DNA from: Wujia sp.
GTDB taxonomy: Bacteria > Bacillota > Clostridia > Lachnospirales > Lachnospiraceae
Length of the DNA stretch: 40,067 nucleotides
Direction of reading: 5' to 3'
Assembly (NCBI GenBank): GCA_051879975.1
Contig: JBJENB010000059.1
Span: forward strand, 1 to 40,067
This document shows positions 8,552 to 17,933 of the stretch, one piece after another. The translations under genes and the position numbers were made by a program. The notes under the pieces were generated by a model that was given only the letters and a program-made list of their open reading frames with translations, made no database searches and had not been told where the DNA came from. Within the stretch, counting starts at the first letter, position 1, and every line of letters starts with the position of its first letter.

Positions 8552-10459
8552 ATGGCTTTATGGAATCTGTCCTACGATTTTGTAGCATGCTTTTTGCTGC
8601 TCATGGTAATCGTATGGTATTACAGCGAAAAGAAAATACCGGTTAAGAGTCATAAGGCATTTATGGAGCTAATCAGCATAGTTTTTGTGGCTAATGGCTT
8701 TGAGATAATCATGTCCATTATGGCACGATATCCTGATGAGTTTTCGTTGAATTTGCTGAAAACAATCATGCAGATTCAAATCTTTGCCATGAACCTTATT
8801 CCGTTGGCTTTTGCAAACTACATTCTTCTGCTGACACATGTCAATAACAAGAGAAAAAGATACAGATGGATGTTTGGAGTCAGCTTTCTGTTTCTTGTAC
8901 TGGTGACAGTATTGAATCCGGTGTTTGATTGGGCCATTGGGATAGAAGACGGATATCCGGTAGTGTTTGGTATGGGATATCTGGTTTATGCAATGGACGC
9001 AGTCATGATTTTGTTTTCTATTATTGTTATGATTTTCAATCGAAGAGAAATGGCATTTGCAAGGATGTTGTCTCTTTCGCTGGATATTGTGTTGGGTGTC
9101 ATAGCATGGTTTTTACAGGTAAGCTATAAGCTTCCTCTTATCAATCTTGCGCTAAGTGTAATGGTGCTTACACTTTATTATTACCTTCAGAATCCGAATA
9201 GCGTAACAGACCCTGTAACCAAGCAGTTTAACAGAAAATTTATGGGTGAACACATAAGAAGCACCTTTGAGACAGAAAAGCGCTTTGGTATTATTATGGT
9301 AGCCTTGGATGATTTCAAATTCATTAATAAAACCTATGGCGTGGAAAATGGTGATAATCTGCTAAGACAGGTTGGCACATTTCTGGAGAAGCTCCATATT
9401 CCGAAGGCCGTATTCAGATATGGTTCAGACCAGTTTTGTATTGAAATAATAAAAAATGTTGATGATGTCAGAGACATAGCAGATTTGATACAGGATCGAT
9501 TCAGACATCCATGGTACAGTAAATCCGCTGTGGGAATAATGATGTCAGCAACCGTATGCTGTATAGAATGTCCTAGGGATGCCCGTAATTATGGAGGACT
9601 TATAGAGGTTATCGATTATTCCATGTCTGTTGCAAAGAAGACAAAAAAAGGAGGAATAACGAACTCTGCTGATGTTGAATTAGATAAGCTACGCAATGAT
9701 AAGGCTGTTGAAAAGGCTGTAAGACTGGCAATTGACAGAGGAGAAATCATGGTGTACTACCAACCGATTTACTCCGTGAGTAAGGGAGCCTACAGCTCGG
9801 CAGAGGCATTGGTTCGAATTAATGATGAGGAGCTTGGGTGGATTTCCCCGGAGGTATTTATTCCACTGGCTGAGAAAAATGGAATGATACTTGAGATGGG
9901 GAATATAATCTTTGAAAAGGTTTGCAGATTTATCAGAGATTTCAAATTAGAGCAGACAAGTGTGGAATACATAGAGGTTAATATCAGTCCTGTGCAGTTG
10001 ATTCAAACGGACTTTGTCGATGGCATTATAGCTACCATGGAAAAATATGATGTAAAGCCTTCTCAGATTAATATGGAAATTACCGAGACCGCCACAATGG
10101 GTAGTGCAGCAATAGTTCATGAGAATATACAAAAGCTGGTAGATTATGGAATACGCTTCTCGTTAGATGACTATGGTTCAGGAAATGCAAATATTGACTA
10201 TATTAATCACATGCCATTTTCTATTATCAAGCTTGATAAGTATATTGTATGGGATGCCTTTGATAATAAAAAAGCAGGAATTACATTGGAATATACAATA
10301 GGAATGTTAAATGCCCTGGAGCTTTCAATAGTGGCAGAGGGAGTTGAAACCGAGGAGATGCGCGATAAACTAACGCAGATAGGCTGTCATTATATGCAGG
10401 GCTGGTATTATTCTAAGGCTATCTCTGATTTGGAGTTTATGAAACTCCTTGAGGAATAA
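8552..10459 (+). CDS. Membrane-bound GGDEF(degenerate)-EAL protein, probable c-di-GMP phosphodiesterase
   Basis: About 7 TM N-terminus; DDFKFINKTYG..GD with RYGSDQF instead of GGDEF; YQPI, EALVR, DDYGSG, IKLDK, AEGVE, QGWYYS. Confidence 0.9.
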   Translation: MALWNLSYDFVACFLLLMVIVWYYSEKKIPVKSHKAFMELISIVFVANGFEIIMSIMARYPDEFSLNLLKTIMQIQIFAMNLIPLAFANYILLLTHVNNKRKRYRWMFGVSFLFLVLVTVLNPVFDWAIGIEDGYPVVFGMGYLVYAMDAVMILFSIIVMIFNRREMAFARMLSLSLDIVLGVIAWFLQVSYKLPLINLALSVMVLTLYYYLQNPNSVTDPVTKQFNRKFMGEHIRSTFETEKRFGIIMVALDDFKFINKTYGVENGDNLLRQVGTFLEKLHIPKAVFRYGSDQFCIEIIKNVDDVRDIADLIQDRFRHPWYSKSAVGIMMSATVCCIECPRDARNYGGLIEVIDYSMSVAKKTKKGGITNSADVELDKLRNDKAVEKAVRLAIDRGEIMVYYQPIYSVSKGAYSSAEALVRINDEELGWISPEVFIPLAEKNGMILEMGNIIFEKVCRFIRDFKLEQTSVEYIEVNISPVQLIQTDFVDGIIATMEKYDVKPSQINMEITETATMGSAAIVHENIQKLVDYGIRFSLDDYGSGNANIDYINHMPFSIIKLDKYIVWDAFDNKKAGITLEYTIGMLNALELSIVAEGVETEEMRDKLTQIGCHYMQGWYYSKAISDLEFMKLLEE

Positions 10460-10464
10460 AAAAT

Positions 10465-10527
10465 ATAGCAAAAATATAGTCCTGCATTGGGCTTTAACCT
10501 ACCCATGCAGGACTATATTTTTGCTAT
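10465..10527. terminator. Bidirectional terminator, 23-bp perfect inverted repeat
   Basis: ATAGCAAAAATATAGTCCTGCAT (10465-10487) / ATGCAGGACTATATTTTTGCTAT (10505-10527) between convergent genes. Confidence 0.88.
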
Positions 10528-10541
10528 TATGTTTTACAAAG

Positions 10542-11999
10542 CTATGCCTCAGCTTCAAGCTTTGTAATTGCAGCTTTAATTCTTTCTATTGTTTCAGCCT
10601 TGCCCAATATTGACATAAGCTCTGTTGCGCCACCCGGAGTTGCCTGTTTTCCGGAAACTGCGGTACGAAGTGGCCACATAACATAACCTGTCTTATATTC
10701 ATGCTCAGTTGCAAAGGCTGAGAGAGCAGCGAAGAGAGAATCATTGTCATAGGCATCCTGTGACTCAAGGATAGGAAGTACCTCCTGTAAAAGCTTAAGT
10801 GAATTCTCGGTGTTGGTCTTCATTTTCTTGTGTGTATACATCTCAATGGAATATTCAGGAACACGCTCAAAGAAATCAATCTGCTCCCTAATGTCCGGAA
10901 ATACCTCAATTCTGGACTTGACCATAGTAGCAATTTTCTTTAAATCATAGTCCTTGGTAATCACTTCCTTAATGTATGGCAAAGCCATTTCATAGAATTT
11001 GTCATCATCCATTGCTTTAATATATTCGCTGTTCATCCACCTGAGCTTAGTCATATCAAGCACTGCAGGCGACTTGGACATATTTCTGTAATTGAATGCC
11101 TCCACGAGCTCTTCAAGAGAGAATATTTCGCGGTTGTCATCAGGACACCATCCAAGAAGAGCCACAAAATTGACAATGGTCTCTGTAAGGAAGCCTTGCT
11201 CCAAAAGATCCTCGAATGAAGAATGACCACTTCTCTTGCTAAGCTTCTTGTGGGTTTCATCTGTAATGAGCGGACAATGAATATAGGTTGGAACCTCCCA
11301 GCCGAAGGCTTCGTACAGACGATTGTATTTTGGAGATGATGAAAGGTATTCGTTTCCTCTTACAACATGAGTTATATTCATTAGGTGATCATCTACAACA
11401 TTTGCAAAGTTGTAGGTTGGAAATCCATCGGATTTAATAAGAATCATATCGTCAAGCTCTTCGTTTGGAACTGTGATATCTCCATATAACTCATCCTTGA
11501 AGGTCGTTGTTCCCTCCAATGGATTGTTTTGTCTGATTACAAACGGTTTTCCGGCAACAAGGTTTGCCTCTACCTCTTCCTTTGAAAGGCTTGCACAATG
11601 CTTGTCATATCTGGAAATAGTTTTTCCGTCAACCTCTGTTACCAGGCTTTCGAGACGGTGAGCATCACAGAAGCAGTAATAAGCCTCACCCTTATCTATA
11701 AGCTTCTTGGCATAGGTCATATATATGCCTTGCTTTTGTCGTTCACTCTGGATATATGGACCAACTCCGCCATCTAAATCAGGTCCCTCGTCATGCTTAA
11801 GACCGGTCTTCTTCAGGGTACGATAGATAATGTCTACAGCACCTTCCATTTCTCTTTCCTGATCTGTATCCTCTATTCTAAGTATAAAATCACCGCCTTC
11901 ATGCTTGGCAATCAAATAAGCGTAAAGTGCTGTTCTGAGATTACCTACATGCATTCTGCCTGTTGGGCTTGGGGCAAATCTTGTTCTAACCTTAGCCAT
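10542..11999 (-). CDS. gltX: Glutamate--tRNA ligase
   Basis: [14 protein letters not shown] (HIGH), LRIEDTD, CFC..YDKHC Zn region, [21 protein letters not shown] (KMSKS). Confidence 0.98.
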   Translation of the reverse strand: MAKVRTRFAPSPTGRMHVGNLRTALYAYLIAKHEGGDFILRIEDTDQEREMEGAVDIIYRTLKKTGLKHDEGPDLDGGVGPYIQSERQKQGIYMTYAKKLIDKGEAYYCFCDAHRLESLVTEVDGKTISRYDKHCASLSKEEVEANLVAGKPFVIRQNNPLEGTTTFKDELYGDITVPNEELDDMILIKSDGFPTYNFANVVDDHLMNITHVVRGNEYLSSSPKYNRLYEAFGWEVPTYIHCPLITDETHKKLSKRSGHSSFEDLLEQGFLTETIVNFVALLGWCPDDNREIFSLEELVEAFNYRNMSKSPAVLDMTKLRWMNSEYIKAMDDDKFYEMALPYIKEVITKDYDLKKIATMVKSRIEVFPDIREQIDFFERVPEYSIEMYTHKKMKTNTENSLKLLQEVLPILESQDAYDNDSLFAALSAFATEHEYKTGYVMWPLRTAVSGKQATPGGATELMSILGKAETIERIKAAITKLEAEA

Positions 12000-12035
12000 T
12001 TTTAAATCTCCCTTTTATTGTGAATTTCTTCTGAA

Positions 12036-12064
12036 ATTATAGCAAAGTAAAACTTAATTTACAA
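12036..12064 (-). promoter_or_regulatory. gltX promoter
   Basis: Minus strand TTGTAA, 17 bp, TATAAT with TG extension; short leader. Confidence 0.65.
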
Positions 12065-12071
12065 CACAATG

Positions 12072-12100
12072 TTGCTTATTACAGCAAATTTTAGTATACT
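12072..12100 (+). promoter_or_regulatory. Divergent promoter for the repeat protein gene
   Basis: TTGCTT, 17 bp, TATACT. Confidence 0.6.
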
Positions 12101-12151
12101 AGCTATGTATGAAAACTTTAGAAAAAATTCAAAAAAGGTTGGTATAATAAA

Positions 12152-13717
12152 ATGGATGGTTCTACTTTAGCGATTATATATGGAGCTGTGCTTGTTCTAT
12201 TTTTTATATTGTTGGTTGTTATGACTATAATGCTTGTAATCCATAAATCTGAGGATGACGAGGAGTATGAAGAAGAGCATGAAGATGATGGGGCAGATGA
12301 CTATGCCGAGTATGCGGTAGATGAGGAGCAGACAGAGGATTATGACAGTGCCTTTACAGAGGACAGTGCCTTTACAGAGGACAGTGCCTTTACAGAGGAT
12401 AGTGCCTTTACAGAGGACAGTGCCTTTACAGAGGATAGTGCCTTTACAGAGGACAGTGCCTTTGGAGAGGACAGTGCCTTTGGAGAGGACAGTGCCTTTA
12501 CAGAGGATAGTGCCTTTACAGAGGACAGTGCCTTTGAAGCGGTTGAAAAAGAAGAGAATAATGAATTAGATTTAGAAAGACCAATCGATAAAATAGAGCT
12601 ACAAGACTCTTCTGATGTTGCATCAGAGTCAATACAGCTTGAGAATAGTGAAATATCTGAAGAAGAGCCTGAGGTTGACAGTAACGATGAACAGGAAGTA
12701 AAAATGATGGAGGAGAGGGCAGCCAGAGAAAAAGCCCGGAAGCTGGGTGGTTTTGCTGTTGCAGTAGAAAAAGAAAGCTTTGTTGATGATGCCTTTGCTT
12801 CTGATAAGAATATAAATGAAAATAATGAGAATAATGAAAGTAGTGAAACCACGGATAAAGCTACGGATGATGCTGAAGAAACAATTTCAAATGATGAAGC
12901 TGTTAATGAAGCAACAACTGTAGTTGAGCAGGTTCCTGTTATGGAGGAGGCTGCTTCGACAGAGGACAGTGCCTTTACAGAGGACAGTGCCTTTACAGAG
13001 GACAGTGCCTTTACAGAGGACAGTGCATTTGCAGAGGACAGCGCATTTGGCGGAGACAGTGCCTTTGGAGAGGATAGTTCTTTTGGAAATGTAACTTCGG
13101 CTTCCGCAATTGCTTCTACTGTATCTGTAGCCCAGAGTAAGAGCTTCATAGACGAAGCGATTGATGCTTCCGTTAGAGAGGCTGAGGCTCTAAGCGCTGC
13201 CATGATTAAACCTGCTAAGAATGCAGTAAAGAGTAATGCAAAGAAAAAGAAGGGCTTAGGTCGTGCAGATGAAAGACCATACGTCAGAAGCAATGACCAG
13301 TTCTATTGGTATAACAGAGTTGATGTGGCTGAGAAGCCTTCTTATAAGACTGAAGAGATGTACTATCATTATTTTGAAATACCGAATGATTGTATAGAAG
13401 ATCTGTTAATTGAAATGTATGATTGTGCATTGGTAAGGACTGAAGAAATAAGATATATTGCTTATGGAATTGCTCCAAGAGCGGTTTCTATGAAGGAGAT
13501 TCTCACATCCGGAAATAGCAATTATATGACCCAGCAGAAGGTTAAGGAACCGACTCAGCAGGATCTTATGAAGATATATGAAAAATGGTGTGGATATGTT
13601 GATAAGCTGTTTGATTTGGTTGAAATACACGCTGATCAATATACCGTAGAAGCGATAAGGGCTATGTTATATGAATTTGGTAAAAGTGATGTTGATGAGC
13701 TTATCGAAGGAAAATAA
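12152..13717 (+). CDS. Hypothetical membrane-anchored protein: N-terminal TM, long acidic linker with EDSAFT repeats, C-terminal globular domain
   Basis: 521 aa ORF; hydrophobic residues about 6-30; D/E-rich low-complexity middle; about 145 aa aromatic-rich C-terminal region. Confidence 0.85.
   Translation: MDGSTLAIIYGAVLVLFFILLVVMTIMLVIHKSEDDEEYEEEHEDDGADDYAEYAVDEEQTEDYDSAFTEDSAFTEDSAFTEDSAFTEDSAFTEDSAFTEDSAFGEDSAFGEDSAFTEDSAFTEDSAFEAVEKEENNELDLERPIDKIELQDSSDVASESIQLENSEISEEEPEVDSNDEQEVKMMEERAAREKARKLGGFAVAVEKESFVDDAFASDKNINENNENNESSETTDKATDDAEETISNDEAVNEATTVVEQVPVMEEAASTEDSAFTEDSAFTEDSAFTEDSAFAEDSAFGGDSAFGEDSSFGNVTSASAIASTVSVAQSKSFIDEAIDASVREAEALSAAMIKPAKNAVKSNAKKKKGLGRADERPYVRSNDQFYWYNRVDVAEKPSYKTEEMYYHYFEIPNDCIEDLLIEMYDCALVRTEEIRYIAYGIAPRAVSMKEILTSGNSNYMTQQKVKEPTQQDLMKIYEKWCGYVDKLFDLVEIHADQYTVEAIRAMLYEFGKSDVDELIEGK
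12344..12535 (+). repeat. 18-bp coding tandem repeat array 1 (11 DSAF units)
   Basis: GAYAGTGCCTTT(ACA/GGA)GAG repeated; encodes DSAF(T/G)E. Confidence 0.97.
12959..13087 (+). repeat. 18-bp coding tandem repeat array 2 (7 units, degenerating at 3' end)
   Basis: Same unit: TEDSAF x4, AEDSAF, GGDSAF, GEDSSF. Confidence 0.96.
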
Positions 13718-13731
13718 CATTTTAAATAGTT

Positions 13732-14640
13732 ATGGAATTTATTAAACCTAGTATCAGGGATGCAGAAATAATTAGAAAAAAATTAAACAACAGTAAATAT
13801 CCTGCATGTGAATTAGCAACTGCAAATATTATATTGTGGTCAGAATATTATGGTTGCAGATATGCCTTTATGGAAGATATGCTTGTTTTCTGTAAATTAG
13901 AAAATGGGAAACCGGTTTCCTTTTCGTGGCCATATGGTGAAGGCGATAGCAAAAAGGCTTTTGATTTTATTGTGAATTACTTTGAGAAAGCGGAAAAGCC
14001 ATTTTCAATGTACCTTGTGGGACAGGAAATGTTTGAGCAGATTGATAGCTGGTATCCGGGAGAATACCAAATAGAATATGACAGGGATGATGCTGATTAT
14101 TTGTATTTGAGCGAGACTCTGGCTTCCTTGAAGGGAAAAAAACTACATGGAAAAAGGAATCATATCAATAGGTTTCTTGAATATTATCCTGATTATGAAT
14201 ACGAGAGGATAACTGAAAATAATATTGTTGAATGTGAAGAGCTTGCGCAAAATTGGATGAAGAATAACAATGAGGAGTCTGCGGGAGATATAAACTATGA
14301 ATATCGGGCTTTGTGTTCCGCATTGAACAATATGGAAGCCTTGGGCTTGATAGGGGCGATGATCAGGATTGATGGGAAGGCATGTGCATTTACGATTGGT
14401 GAAGAGCTTAACGCTGAGACCTTTGTAGTTCACTTTGAGAAAGCTTATGCTGACATACAGGGGGCATATCCTATGATTAATCGTGAATTTGTAAGGAGAG
14501 AGTTGCTTGGCAAATACAAGTATGTCAACCGTGAAGAGGATATGGGCATTCCAGGTTTAAGACATGCAAAGACCTCTTATCAGCCTATACAGCTGGTAGA
14601 GAAGGGGATAGTGAGAAGGAAAGTAAACGAAAAGGTCTAA
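13732..14640 (+). CDS. DUF2156 / phosphatidylglycerol lysyltransferase-domain protein (soluble, GNAT-like aminoacyl-tRNA transferase fold)
   Basis: DYLY...LASLKGKKLHGKRNHINRF, HFEKA, YPMIN, VNREEDMGIPGLRHAKTSYQP. Confidence 0.88.
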   Translation: MEFIKPSIRDAEIIRKKLNNSKYPACELATANIILWSEYYGCRYAFMEDMLVFCKLENGKPVSFSWPYGEGDSKKAFDFIVNYFEKAEKPFSMYLVGQEMFEQIDSWYPGEYQIEYDRDDADYLYLSETLASLKGKKLHGKRNHINRFLEYYPDYEYERITENNIVECEELAQNWMKNNNEESAGDINYEYRALCSALNNMEALGLIGAMIRIDGKACAFTIGEELNAETFVVHFEKAYADIQGAYPMINREFVRRELLGKYKYVNREEDMGIPGLRHAKTSYQPIQLVEKGIVRRKVNEKV

Positions 14641-14728
14641 ACGATTTAATAACTCCATAAATGTGGCAATTAGGTTTGCAATCATTTATTTAAAAGAAAA
14701 AAAGTATTTAGAAAACGCTTGCTTGTAA

Positions 14729-14780
14729 GTACTGGCAATATCAATAATCCATGAAGGATAATTGGTTGTCAGTATTTTTT
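14729..14780 (+). terminator. Probable terminator (long imperfect hairpin)
   Basis: TACTGGCAA...TTGTCAGTA outer stem, inner ATCC/GGAT, followed by T-run. Confidence 0.55.
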
Positions 14781-14834
14781 ATTCTCTTTAACTTCTGATT
14801 TATTAGAGAAGTATCAAAAAACATAGAAAAGATG

Positions 14835-14863
14835 TTGCATATTCTATATACATCATGTATAGT
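14835..14863 (+). promoter_or_regulatory. Putative promoter for LRR-ABC operon
   Basis: TTGCAT, 17 bp, TATAGT. Confidence 0.5.
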
Positions 14864-14966
14864 GATTATAGAGTATATTCATTATTGCGTCGTTATAAAT
14901 AAAATTTATGTTGTTTGTAGAATGAGGCATAGAAAATAATGTACAAATCTTAAGGAGGCTGGCACA

Positions 14967-16805
14967 TTGAGGAGAAGAATTAAAATAATAATGGCAGCTG
15001 CCATAATTATTATTGTATCAGTTTTAGTTATTACACATTTTAGTAAGAGAGCTGATACAGGGACTGATTCTACTGAAAATGTTGATATCTGGGAGGAACT
15101 GGGTATTGCTCCCTATGATGAGAGTCTTCCGGTGATATACGGGGAAGAATATTTCAACATGACTGAGGTATCAACAGGGGATATAAGGATAAGCTTTAAT
15201 AGAAGCAAGGAGCCCCAAGAACCTTATTGCCTAATTGTGCCGGCTAAATATAACGGAGGTAAGGTTGTAGAGGTTGGCGAAATCGCCAATTCTGACTACC
15301 TGACGGACATAGTGTATTTGGGCGGACAATACATAGAACAGGTATCCGAATGCCCAAATCTCAAGAGGATTGTATATGGAGCCATAGGGCAGGAAAATTA
15401 CGACATTACAGGGCAAAGCATTGAGTGGATGGGCTTCGATGGAAGTATGGTATGTGGAATATATGAATGTCCTTCAATTGAGGAGCTTGTCTTTCTGGAT
15501 TATGGCAGATATTACAGTATAGAAGGTATTGGGGAGTTGAAGCTTTTGACGGAGGTGGACTTACCCGGGAAAATTTCTTTTATGTCAGATGTATTTAGCT
15601 ATATTAACATAGGTGGGCTTGAACTTCCTGAGGAGACAATAGCTATAGATAGTGTGGGAAATTATTGCAATAATTTAAAATATGTTGTATGCAATGATAA
15701 ACTTGAGAAAATAAATTTTTCCTTCATTTCCGATAGTGAGCTTGAATATATTATCATTCCAAAAAGTGTAAAGAGTATAGAGGATTCCTTTAGGGAAAGC
15801 GGCAAGGTAACACTAGTGGTTGACAAGTCCTCTTATGCGGAGCAGTATGCAAAGGAAAAAGGGTTAAATTATATCTATACGGAAGAATTTGACCTTGAAG
15901 ATTATAAGGCCTCCATAGATTTTGATGGATATATGGCAGAAATAGTGGAGAACAATTCAGAAACTGCCAGGTGGCTTGAAGCCTGCGGAAATCAGGGGAT
16001 AATGTCGGAGGAAGAGGTTGCCAACGCCATAGTTATATCTGCTGAGGAATATTTTACCATAGATGAAGAAGCAGAAAAAAATGCAATGAGCGGATATATT
16101 ATGGATGGCTATCATTATGACGGTGCTGTGTCAATAAAGCTTAAGGAACACATATATGAGCCTTACATACTGGAAATACCTGAGTCTTATAACGGTATGA
16201 AGGTTACGGGCTTTGGAGATATTATTAGCGATCCGTTTATATGCGGTATTGTGTGCCCGGATGATGTAAACATGTATGGTAGCATAAATGACTGTAAGAA
16301 TCTCAGAAGGGTCAGGTTTGGCAGAATATTTAAGTCTGGTCCTGACAACTGCGAGAACCTTACGGAGGTTGATACCAGTGTGGCGGAGATAAGCTGGATG
16401 GCGGGCTTTAACAATCTTCCAAAGCTGAAGAAGCTTGTTATACCGGATACAGTTGAGGTGTTGTATGAGGCTTTGGGGGATTTGAATCTTGAGGAGCTTG
16501 TCATACCAGATGGTGTTACAGAGATAGTATGCTGCTTTGCAAGAAGCACCAAATTAAAGGAGCTTATTATACCTGAAGGTGTTAAAGTGATAGGCAATTC
16601 ATTTGTTGGCTGCAAAGATATGACAATATGTGTACCGGAGAGTGTATCGGTTATTGATGATGACTTGAAGATGCAGTATGAGTTATTCACATTTACAGAG
16701 TGTTCAAATGTTAAGCTTAAGCTGGTTGAGGGTTCTTATGCAGACGAATATGCAAAGCTGGTTGGGATACCTGTAGAATATGTAACAGGTAGTTCGGAGG
16801 AGTAG
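14967..16805 (+). CDS. BspA-type leucine-rich repeat (LRR_5) surface protein with two tandem modules
   Basis: TTG start with SD AAGGAGG; N-terminal TM; LEYIIIPKSVKSI, LKKLVIPDTVEVL, LEELVIPDGVTEI, LKELIIPEGVKVI; SYAEQYAK / SYADEYAK caps. Confidence 0.82.
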   Translation: MRRRIKIIMAAAIIIIVSVLVITHFSKRADTGTDSTENVDIWEELGIAPYDESLPVIYGEEYFNMTEVSTGDIRISFNRSKEPQEPYCLIVPAKYNGGKVVEVGEIANSDYLTDIVYLGGQYIEQVSECPNLKRIVYGAIGQENYDITGQSIEWMGFDGSMVCGIYECPSIEELVFLDYGRYYSIEGIGELKLLTEVDLPGKISFMSDVFSYINIGGLELPEETIAIDSVGNYCNNLKYVVCNDKLEKINFSFISDSELEYIIIPKSVKSIEDSFRESGKVTLVVDKSSYAEQYAKEKGLNYIYTEEFDLEDYKASIDFDGYMAEIVENNSETARWLEACGNQGIMSEEEVANAIVISAEEYFTIDEEAEKNAMSGYIMDGYHYDGAVSIKLKEHIYEPYILEIPESYNGMKVTGFGDIISDPFICGIVCPDDVNMYGSINDCKNLRRVRFGRIFKSGPDNCENLTEVDTSVAEISWMAGFNNLPKLKKLVIPDTVEVLYEALGDLNLEELVIPDGVTEIVCCFARSTKLKELIIPEGVKVIGNSFVGCKDMTICVPESVSVIDDDLKMQYELFTFTECSNVKLKLVEGSYADEYAKLVGIPVEYVTGSSEE

Positions 16806-17933
16806 ATGAAGCTAGTTTTTTTAAACTTAAAGAATTTATTTGGAAAAAACCTTTGGTTTGGTCTTATGATTATAATTACAATTGTAACCGGAAGCTTTGC
16901 CGTTTGCTTTTCCATGGGCGTATTAAATAACAATAAATATGTTTCTATGGAGGATGCCATTACAACTAACCAGTTGAACTTCCGTTTTCCCTCGGAAATA
17001 AGCTATGCTGAACACAGCGAGGTTTTCAGGGAAATATGCGAAATATTCGAGGATGGGCTGACAGAGCTTACGCTCAGCTATACAGTAATTGATGACGACC
17101 CTGATAAATTTTCATTCACTACATATTGTACATTTGCTGATATGGAGGATGGGAATTATGTAACCTGTTGGTCATTGGACTATATTATAGCCTATCAGGT
17201 GGGTATAGGAAGAAATCTAAGCGACATTGATTATAGTGAGGGCAGGAAACTGGCTGTTGTAAATGACAATGTTGGTGAGGTTGGCGATTATGTCAGCTTT
17301 GGGGACGAACAGTATGAGATAATCGGTATTAGAAATGTAGGTTATGATTCGGAGATGCCTATATATGTTATTCCTATCACGGCATGGGGAGATAACCCGG
17401 TTAGTGATGTGAGCATTTCTCTGGAAAGAATTCCACTACGAAATGAATACAATAAATTAGATTCTCTGTTGAAGAAGAATTTCGGGGAAAATTATGAATT
17501 TGGTATTTATTATGGAGAGAATATAGACACGAAGGCATTGTACAGAACTATAGGCTGTGCGGTCCTTGGCATAATGGCTGTTGTCCTTATTACACTATTA
17601 TTCCTTTTTGGGTATATTTACGAGAGGCGCAGACGAAGCATGGCCATTTTCAGATTGACAGGCTGTAAGCATAAAAGGGCTGTAAGGCTTTTGCTCACGG
17701 AGGCACTGATAATAACCATGCCGTCATGTGTGGCAGGTGTAGCTCTTTTTGCGTTACTCAAGGAAGTGTTTTTTGACAGGTATTATGTGTACATGAAGGC
17801 ATTCTTTAATATTTGGGTATATGTAGGTATTGTTTCATTTATTACAGTCATGATACTTCTTGAAATATTATTTTTGTCTTTAAAGCTTTTGAGCCGTCCG
17901 GTTAAGACGGAGATAGTGGAGGTGCGCAGATGA
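16806..17933 (+). CDS. ABC transporter permease, FtsX/MacB-like
   Basis: 1 TM + periplasmic-type core (GRNLS..DY.EG..LAVV, YEIIGI) + 3 TM; RRRSMAIFRLTGC FtsX motif. Confidence 0.82.
   Translation: MKLVFLNLKNLFGKNLWFGLMIIITIVTGSFAVCFSMGVLNNNKYVSMEDAITTNQLNFRFPSEISYAEHSEVFREICEIFEDGLTELTLSYTVIDDDPDKFSFTTYCTFADMEDGNYVTCWSLDYIIAYQVGIGRNLSDIDYSEGRKLAVVNDNVGEVGDYVSFGDEQYEIIGIRNVGYDSEMPIYVIPITAWGDNPVSDVSISLERIPLRNEYNKLDSLLKKNFGENYEFGIYYGENIDTKALYRTIGCAVLGIMAVVLITLLFLFGYIYERRRRSMAIFRLTGCKHKRAVRLLLTEALIITMPSCVAGVALFALLKEVFFDRYYVYMKAFFNIWVYVGIVSFITVMILLEILFLSLKLLSRPVKTEIVEVRR

Noticed and set aside
10465-10527. 23-bp inverted repeat as transposon ends
   Set aside because: Arms only 17 nt apart between convergent genes; fully explained as a bidirectional terminator
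12000-12035. T-box leader for gltX (also considered for argG and argC)
   Set aside because: Predicted promoters lie too close to the start codons and no T-box motif is visible
12321-12569. 82-aa alternative-frame ORF (RTVPLQ repeats)
   Set aside because: By-product of the stop-free 18-bp repeat
12344-13087. Repeat arrays as CRISPR
   Set aside because: Contiguous 18-bp units without unique spacers, in frame within a CDS, no cas genes
12340-13293. 317-aa antisense ORF with KALSSV repeats
   Set aside because: Mirror of the acidic repeat gene; the repeat and codon bias remove stops on the opposite strand; no SD or recognisable domain
14641-14966. Small peptide/bacteriocin precursor upstream of LRR-ABC operon
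   Set aside because: No convincing small ORF with SD seen; region explained by terminator and promoter
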